Assembly (NCBI RefSeq): GCF_000012905.2 | Contig: NC_007493.2 | Coordinates: 570,001 to 602,000, forward strand | Source of the DNA: Cereibacter sphaeroides 2.4.1 | Lineage (GTDB): Bacteria; Pseudomonadota; Alphaproteobacteria; Rhodobacterales; Rhodobacteraceae | DNA length: 32,000 nucleotides | Direction of reading: 5' to 3' | Shown: piece by piece, positions 26,750-32,000 of the stretch | How positions within the stretch are numbered: the first letter of the stretch is position 1 | Layout of the letters: every line of letters starts with the position of its first letter | Position numbers and translations under genes: made by a program | The notes under the pieces: generated by a model | What the model was told of the DNA's origin: nothing | The model's database searches: none | What the model saw: only the letters and a program-made list of their open reading frames with translations

Positions 26750-27934
26750 TCAAGAGTTCAATGAGATATAATCCACCAGATCTCCGACCGCGCGCGGACC
26801 ATCGTCCACCGGGCGCACCAGAAGGGCATCCGCCTCGGCAAGAAGGCGCAGAAGCGCGCTGTCCTGCGACGAGAAGGGCTCGATCCGCGGCAGCCCGTCC
26901 TGCCGGGTGAGGCGCGCCCGCATATAGTGGGCGCGGGTGGGATTGGCCGGCAGCGCCACCGCAAGCTCGGCGCGCAGAAGCGGCGCGGGGGCTGGCGGCA
27001 GCCCCAGCATCGCCCGCAGCATCGGCAGCAGGAAGAGATGGGCACAGACGATGGAGGACACCGGATTGCCCGGCAGCCCCAGCATCGGCACCCCGCGCAG
27101 GCGGCCCGCCATCAGCGGCTTTCCCGGCCGCATCGCGATCTTGTAGAAGGCGCGTTCGAGGCCCATCCCGGCCGCGACCTTGCCCACCAGATCGTGATCC
27201 CCCACCGAGGCCCCGCCGATCGTCACGATCAGGTCGGCATCGGAGGCCAGATCCAGCACGGTGCGCAGCTCGTCCTCGGTATCGCGTGCGATGGGCAGAA
27301 GCCGCGCCTCGGCCCCTTCGGCCTCGACCAGCGCCTTCAGCGCGAAGCTGTTCGAGGCCACGATCTGATCCGGCCGCGGCACCTCGCCCGGCATCACGAG
27401 TTCGTCGCCTGTGGCGATCAGCGCGACCGAGGGCCGGCGCGTGACGGTCACTTCGGGAATGTTCATCGCCGCCAGAAGGGCCAGATCGTTCGGCCGGAGG
27501 CGCCGCGGCGAGAGGCTGTCGCCGGTGCGGAAGTCCTGTCCCCGCGGCCGGATGTGCGTGCCGCCCGTGGCCGCGGCGTTGAGCCGGATCGTGCCGCCCT
27601 CGGCCGTCACATCCTCCTGCAGCACGACGCGGGTCGCGCCCTCGGGCACCGGTGCGCCGGTGAAGATGCGCACGGCTTCGCCGGGGCGGAGCGCCCCCTC
27701 GTAGCCGTGGCCCGCCGCGGCCTCGCCCACAACGGGGAAGGTCGCGCCCGCGGGCGGATCGCCGATCAGCGCATAGCCATCCATGGCGGAGGCGTCGAAG
27801 GGCGGCTGATCGCGGGTTGCCAGCGCCGGGCGGGCCATCACCCGCCCGCGGGCCTCGCCCAGAGCCACGCGCTCGACCGGCAGCGGTGCGGCCAGTGCCA
27901 GCGCGCGGGCGAGCGCCTCCTCGACCGAGATCAC
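26750..27934 (-). CDS. moeA: molybdopterin molybdotransferase
   Basis: ORF 26750..27934 (394 aa). MoeA N-terminal, MoCF-binding (GGASVGDHD) and C-terminal domains. The GTG start overlaps the moaC stop (GTGA). Confidence 0.9.
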   Translation of the reverse strand: MISVEEALARALALAAPLPVERVALGEARGRVMARPALATRDQPPFDASAMDGYALIGDPPAGATFPVVGEAAAGHGYEGALRPGEAVRIFTGAPVPEGATRVVLQEDVTAEGGTIRLNAAATGGTHIRPRGQDFRTGDSLSPRRLRPNDLALLAAMNIPEVTVTRRPSVALIATGDELVMPGEVPRPDQIVASNSFALKALVEAEGAEARLLPIARDTEDELRTVLDLASDADLIVTIGGASVGDHDLVGKVAAGMGLERAFYKIAMRPGKPLMAGRLRGVPMLGLPGNPVSSIVCAHLFLLPMLRAMLGLPPAPAPLLRAELAVALPANPTRAHYMRARLTRQDGLPRIEPFSSQDSALLRLLAEADALLVRPVDDGPRAVGDLVDYISLNS

Positions 27935-28410
27935 GCGCTGGCCTCGAAGCGTCCGGACTTGCCGCCCTCCTTGAGGAGCAGCCGGATGCCCGTGATCTCC
28001 ATGCCCTTCTCGACGGCCTTCACCATGTCGTAGATCGTGAGGCAGGCCACCGAGACGGCGGTCAGGGCCTCCATCTCGACCCCGGTCTGGCCGCCGGTCT
28101 TGACCGTGGCCTCGACCACGACGCCCGGCAGGGCCGGATCGGCGGTCAGCTCCAGCGCCACCTTGGTGATGGGCAGCGGATGGCAGAGCGGGATGAGATC
28201 GGCGGTGCGCTTGGCCCCCATGATGCCCGCCAGCCGCGCGACGCCCAGAACGTCGCCCTTCTCGGCCCGGCCCTCGGTCACGAGCGCCAGCGTCTCGGCG
28301 CTCATCTTCACCGCCCCGCGCGCGACGGCGACCCGCGCCGTGACGGGCTTTTCCGAGACATCGACCATATGGGCACGGCCGGACTCGTCGAAATGCGTCA
28401 GGCCCGACAT
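27931..28410 (-). CDS. moaC: cyclic pyranopterin monophosphate synthase
   Basis: Terminal in-frame part of ORF 27931..30189. ATG 28410-28408 gives [32 protein letters not shown]...[13 protein letters not shown]...[21 protein letters not shown] (159 aa), the MoaC signature. The start shares one nt with the trpC stop (TGATG). Confidence 0.93.
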   Translation of the reverse strand: MSGLTHFDESGRAHMVDVSEKPVTARVAVARGAVKMSAETLALVTEGRAEKGDVLGVARLAGIMGAKRTADLIPLCHPLPITKVALELTADPALPGVVVEATVKTGGQTGVEMEALTAVSVACLTIYDMVKAVEKGMEITGIRLLLKEGGKSGRFEASA

Positions 28411-29222
28411 CAGACCCCCCCCTGTGCCGTCAGCGGATCGGCGAGGATCGCGCGCGTCGCGGCCTCGACATCCGCCTGCCGCATCAGGCTCTCGCCGATC
28501 AGGAAGCAGCGCGCGCCGTAGCGGGCGAGATCGGCCAGATCCTCGGGCGTGTGGAGCCCGCTCTCGGAGACGATCAGCCGATCCTCGGGCACGCGGCGCG
28601 CCAGATCGCGCGTCACGTCGAGCGAGACCTCGAACGTGTCGAGATTGCGGTTGTTGATGCCGATCAGCCGCGACTTCAGATGTTCGGCGCGGGCCAGTTC
28701 CTCGCGGGAATGGACCTCGACCAGCACATCCATGCCCCAGTGGCTGGCCGCCGCCTCGAGCTCCAGCGCCTGACTGTCGGTCACGCTCGCCATGATGATG
28801 AGGATGCAGTCGGCGCCGAGCGCCCGCGCTTCGGCCACCTGATAGGTGTCGTAGAGGAAATCCTTGCGCAGGCAGGGCAGTTTCACCGCCTCGCGGGCCT
28901 GACGCAGGAAGTCGTCGGCGCCCTGGAACGAGGGGCCGTCGGTCAGGACGGAGAGGCAGGTGGCGCCGCCGGTCTCGTAGGCGCGGGCGAGGGCGGGCAC
29001 GTCGAAATCCTCGCGGATGAGGCCCTTCGAGGGGCTCGCCTTCTTGATCTCGGCAATGAGCCCGTAGCCGGTGGCCGCGGCCGTCGAGAGCGCGCGGGCG
29101 AAGCCGCGCGGCGCGGGGGCGGCGCGGGCCGCATCCTCTACGGCCACCAGGGGGCGCTCGGCCTTGCGGGCCGCGATCTCTTCCAGTTTGTAAGCCTTGA
29201 TGCGGTCGAGAATGGTGCTCAT
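28410..29222 (-). CDS. trpC: indole-3-glycerol phosphate synthase
   Basis: ORF 28410..29222 (270 aa). [23 protein letters not shown] and IGINNRNL motifs. AAGGGGGA lies upstream of the ATG. Confidence 0.95.
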   Translation of the reverse strand: MSTILDRIKAYKLEEIAARKAERPLVAVEDAARAAPAPRGFARALSTAAATGYGLIAEIKKASPSKGLIREDFDVPALARAYETGGATCLSVLTDGPSFQGADDFLRQAREAVKLPCLRKDFLYDTYQVAEARALGADCILIIMASVTDSQALELEAAASHWGMDVLVEVHSREELARAEHLKSRLIGINNRNLDTFEVSLDVTRDLARRVPEDRLIVSESGLHTPEDLADLARYGARCFLIGESLMRQADVEAATRAILADPLTAQGGV

Positions 29223-29252
29223 CGCCGGCCGGTCCCCCTTCTTGTTTGGCCG

Positions 29253-30269
29253 TCAGGCGGCGTTCGTCAGCCGGGCCAGCAGGGCGACCTTCGCCTTGGC
29301 GGCACCGGACAGGATGCTGTCGGTGGCGATCTCCACCCCTTCGCGCAGATGCGCCGCGCGGTCGGCCACCACGAGCGCCGCCGCCGCATTCAGCAGCACC
29401 GCATCGCGGTAGGCGCCCGGCGCGCCGTCGAGCAGCGCGCGGAAGGCCTGCGCATTCTCGGCGGGTGTGCCGCCCACGATCTCCTCGAACGGATGGACGG
29501 GCAGACCCGCCTCCTCGGGATGCAGTTCGAATTCGCGGATCTGCCCGCCCTCGAGCGCCGCGACCTTCGAGGCGGCCGAGATCGCGAGCTCGTCCGTCCC
29601 GTCGCCGCCATGGACGAGCCATGCCTTCTCGGAGCCGAGCGCGGAGAGCACCTCGGCCATCGGCCGGATGAGGTCGGGCGAGAAGGCGCCGGTCAGCTGG
29701 CGCTTCACCCCCGCCGGATTGGTCAGCGGCCCGAGGATGTTGAAGATCGTCCGCGTCCCGAGCTCGGCCCGCACCGGCCCGACATGGCGCATGGCCGGAT
29801 GGTGCATCGGTGCCATCATGAAGCCGATCCCGGCCTCCAGCAGGCAGGCCTCGACCTGTTCGGGGCCGATCATGACATTGAGGCCCATCTCGGTAAGCGC
29901 ATCGGCGGCGCCGGACTTCGACGAGAGGTTGCGGTTGCCGTGCTTGGCGACCGGCACGCCCGCCCCCGCCACCACGAAGGCCGTGGCGGTCGAGATGTTC
30001 AGCGTGCCCTTGCCGTCGCCCCCGGTGCCCACGATGTCGATGGCGCCGTGCGGGGCGCGCACCTTGTGGCACTTGGCCCGCATGACCGAGGCGGCGGCGG
30101 CATATTCGTCCACCGTCTCGCCGCGGGTCCGCAGCGCCATCAGCAGGCCCCCCATCTGCGCGGGCGTGGCCTCGCCCTCGAACAGGCACTCGAAGGCGAA
30201 CTCGGCCTCCTCGCGGCTGAGGGGGCGGGTGGCCGCGGTGCCGATCAGGGGCTTCAGCCGGTCGCTCAT
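29253..30269 (-). CDS. trpD: anthranilate phosphoribosyltransferase
   Basis: Terminal in-frame part of ORF 29253..31997. ATG 30269-30267 gives [10 protein letters not shown]...[48 protein letters not shown] (338 aa). ATGA overlap with the trpG stop. Confidence 0.95.
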   Translation of the reverse strand: MSDRLKPLIGTAATRPLSREEAEFAFECLFEGEATPAQMGGLLMALRTRGETVDEYAAAASVMRAKCHKVRAPHGAIDIVGTGGDGKGTLNISTATAFVVAGAGVPVAKHGNRNLSSKSGAADALTEMGLNVMIGPEQVEACLLEAGIGFMMAPMHHPAMRHVGPVRAELGTRTIFNILGPLTNPAGVKRQLTGAFSPDLIRPMAEVLSALGSEKAWLVHGGDGTDELAISAASKVAALEGGQIREFELHPEEAGLPVHPFEEIVGGTPAENAQAFRALLDGAPGAYRDAVLLNAAAALVVADRAAHLREGVEIATDSILSGAAKAKVALLARLTNAA

Positions 30270-30853
30270 GCCGTCACCGCAGCGCGGGCGCTGTCGAGGA
30301 AGGTCCGCAGCATCTGGTGGCCGTGCTCCGAGGCGATGCTCTCGGGGTGGAACTGCACGCCCTCGATGGGCAGGCTCTTGTGGCGCAGGCCCATGATCGT
30401 GCCGTCCTCGAGCCAGGCCGTCACCTCGAGGCAGTCGGGCAGGCTGTCCCGCTCGACGACGAGGCTGTGATAGCGGGTGGCGAGGAAGGGCGAGGGCAGG
30501 CCCGCGAAGACGCCCTTCCCCTCGTGATGCATGGCGCCCATCTTGCCGTGCACGATCTCGTGGCAGCGCACCACCTTGCCGCCGAAGGCCTGCCCGATGG
30601 TCTGGTGGCCGAGGCAGACGCCCAGAAGCGGGATCCTGGCCTCGGCGGCGGCGGCGGTCAGCGGCAGGCAGATGCCCGCCGCGGCAGGATCGCACGGCCC
30701 GGGCGAGAGCACGATCGCGTCGGGATGCATCCCCATTGCGGCCTGCACGTCGAGCGCATCGTTGCGCCGCACCACGACCTCGGCCCCGAGTTCCCCCAGA
30801 TAATGCACGAGGTTGTAGGTGAAGCTGTCGTAGTTGTCGATGAGAAGCAGCAT
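30266..30853 (-). CDS. trpG: anthranilate synthase component II / aminodeoxychorismate synthase glutamine amidotransferase
   Basis: ORF 30266..30853 (195 aa). Class I GATase: [26 protein letters not shown] (catalytic Cys), FHPES (His/Glu). Its position ahead of trpD and trpC supports trpG, but a shared PabA role cannot be excluded. Confidence 0.9.
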   Translation of the reverse strand: MLLLIDNYDSFTYNLVHYLGELGAEVVVRRNDALDVQAAMGMHPDAIVLSPGPCDPAAAGICLPLTAAAAEARIPLLGVCLGHQTIGQAFGGKVVRCHEIVHGKMGAMHHEGKGVFAGLPSPFLATRYHSLVVERDSLPDCLEVTAWLEDGTIMGLRHKSLPIEGVQFHPESIASEHGHQMLRTFLDSARAAVTA

Positions 30854-30982
30854 CTTGCGGCACCCCGAGGCGATGTGGAGGATAGGGGGTGAACCCTTGC
30901 GACGGTCGCGTTATACATGGGCCGAGCGGCGCAGGGGCGTCAAGGGGATGAACGGCGCAGTCAATGCGCGAAATGCCCCAGA

Positions 30983-31000
30983 CGGGCCCGAAAGGGCCCG
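30983..31000. other. perfect 7-bp hairpin with a GAAA loop in the trpG/deacetylase divergent region
   Basis: CGGGCCC-GAAA-GGGCCCG, 32 nt upstream of the plus-strand ATG at 31032 and 130 nt upstream of the trpG start on the other strand. Confidence 0.3.
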
Positions 31001-31031
31001 GCGGCGCAGGGGCGAGGGCAGGAGAGGCCAG

Positions 31032-32000
31032 ATGAGCCGGGGTTTCCTTTCGGGCGTGGTGATGGGCGGCATCGTGGGCGGGATCGGGCTCGCGCTCGCC
31101 TCGCAGATGGCACCGCCGCCGGGCACGACCTGGCCCGAGGCGCAGGCGGACGAAGCTCTGGCCGGGCCCGCACCCGACGAAGCGTCCCGCTCTCAGGCGG
31201 CTGCCGACGGCGCTCGGAAGTCCGACACGGCCGATCCCGACGCAGCACCCGCCGAGAGCGTTTCCGCGGGTGCCCGTGCCGCTCAAACCCCCGGGGCCGC
31301 CACCGATCTCGCGCCGCCGCCGGGCTCCGAGTTTGCGCGGCCGCTGCCCGATGCGGTGCCCGTCGTGCCGTCGGCCGATCGGGCGCCGGACCGGACCGAG
31401 GTGTCGGTGGTGGCGGCGCCCGAGGTGCCGGACGGCGGCGCGCCGGACACCGAGACCGCGGCGCGTCCACAGCCCCTGCCGCTGGTGCCCGCAGCCCCGG
31501 CCGCACCTGCCGCCGAGGCCGCGGCGCCGGCGGTGCCGGGGCTGACGGCCGCCACGCCGGCCCGCAGCGAGGGGGCGGCCCGTCCGGGCGCGCCGGCCGC
31601 CGAGGCGGATCCCTCGGCCGCCGACCTGCCGCCGCCACCGCCCCTGACGCCCGAGGAGGAGGCGATGCTGGCCGAGGCGGCGGGAGAGCCCGCGCCCGCC
31701 GAGCCCCGGCGCATCGAGCCCGACCCTCCTCGTGCCCCTTCCGAGGCGTCGCGCCTGCCGCGGATCGGCGATCCTGCGCCTGCGGCCGAAGAGGAAGAGC
31801 CGCCGCTCCGCCGCTATGCGCAGCCCTTCGAGAACCCGGGCCGGAAGCCGCTTTTCTCGATCCTCCTGCAGGACACGGGCGGCCCGCTCCTCGACCGCGA
31901 GGCGCTGGCGGCGCTGCCGTTTCCCGTCACCTTCGTGATCGACCCGCAGGCCCCCGACGCGGCCACGGCGGCGGGGATCTACCGCGCGGCCGGTCATGAG
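31032..32000 (+). CDS. membrane-anchored divergent polysaccharide deacetylase (YibQ-like) protein, N-terminal 323 codons; runs off the window
   Basis: Missing from the ORF track because it is open-ended. My translation from ATG 31032 (GGAGAGG upstream) reads [25 protein letters not shown] (TM anchor). A Pro/Ala-rich linker of about 250 aa follows. The catalytic domain then begins [65 protein letters not shown], matching the start of the YibQ-type domain. Confidence 0.75.
   Translation, partial: MSRGFLSGVVMGGIVGGIGLALASQMAPPPGTTWPEAQADEALAGPAPDEASRSQAAADGARKSDTADPDAAPAESVSAGARAAQTPGAATDLAPPPGSEFARPLPDAVPVVPSADRAPDRTEVSVVAAPEVPDGGAPDTETAARPQPLPLVPAAPAAPAAEAAAPAVPGLTAATPARSEGAARPGAPAAEADPSAADLPPPPPLTPEEEAMLAEAAGEPAPAEPRRIEPDPPRAPSEASRLPRIGDPAPAAEEEEPPLRRYAQPFENPGRKPLFSILLQDTGGPLLDREALAALPFPVTFVIDPQAPDAATAAGIYRAAGHE

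Noticed and set aside
26694-26753. A 20-codon N-terminal extension of lexA from TTG 26753 that overlaps the moeA stop.
   Set aside because: The extension uses rare codons (CAA, AGA) and would place the SOS boxes inside the coding region. The GGAGGG-7 nt-GTG at 26693 gives a canonical LexA N-terminus.
30854-31031. trp leader peptide or attenuator, or a TTGACG/TATAAC promoter, upstream of trpG.
   Set aside because: There is no short ORF with tandem Trp codons. TTGACG and TATAAC are 22 nt apart, which is too far. Only the GGGCCC-GAAA-GGGCCC hairpin is solid, and it is reported as a feature.
1-32000. A search for CRISPR repeats, IS or transposase ends, integrases, phage genes, toxin-antitoxin pairs and known defence-system signatures (nucleases, helicases, reverse transcriptases, STAND NTPases).
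   Set aside because: None were found. Every sizeable ORF with sensible composition is accounted for by a housekeeping or conserved-hypothetical family. No tandem or spaced repeats longer than about 10 bp recur.

Overview
By eye this is a very G+C-rich window with strong third-position G/C bias. Its gene content and order fit an alphaproteobacterial (Rhodobacterales-like) core chromosome. That placement is an inference from synteny and from GTTC-N7-GTTC SOS boxes in front of lexA, not a database result. I can support 27 protein-coding genes plus one frameshifted gene. In window order they are cobS (partial), a J-domain protein, bolA-family, glcB, a frameshifted photolyase/cryptochrome-family gene, pepN, a PlsC-type acyltransferase, a HisC-like aminotransferase, DUF4177, gatB, an SLT-domain protein, DUF1992, valS, an Lrp/AsnC regulator divergent from an ornithine-decarboxylase-type PLP enzyme, an orphan DUF2235 (Tle1-like) hydrolase, a PaaI thioesterase, gltA, gltX, comEC, lexA, a translationally coupled trpG-trpD-trpC-moaC-moeA string, and a partial YibQ-type divergent polysaccharide deacetylase. 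I see no tRNA or rRNA genes, CRISPR arrays, transposases, integrases, prophage genes, or recognisable multi-gene defence or secretion islands. I therefore cannot honestly claim a new multi-gene system here. The leads worth a second look are listed below. (1) The photolyase-family gene is split between two frames inside a cluster of G/C homopolymers. (2) A monocistronic Tle1-like DUF2235 lipase has no T6SS or immunity context. (3) The Lrp/ODC divergent region has phased 9-mer repeats and a nested leader hairpin. (4) Two unusually long non-coding gaps (5299-5755 and 20623-20954) contain perfect hairpins or palindromes. (5) A triple GTTC SOS operator lies in the 56 bp between moeA and lexA. (6) A low-GC, rare-codon patch inside gltX carries an extended -10-like element facing gltA. 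The many long ORFs antisense to real genes are high-GC artefacts.
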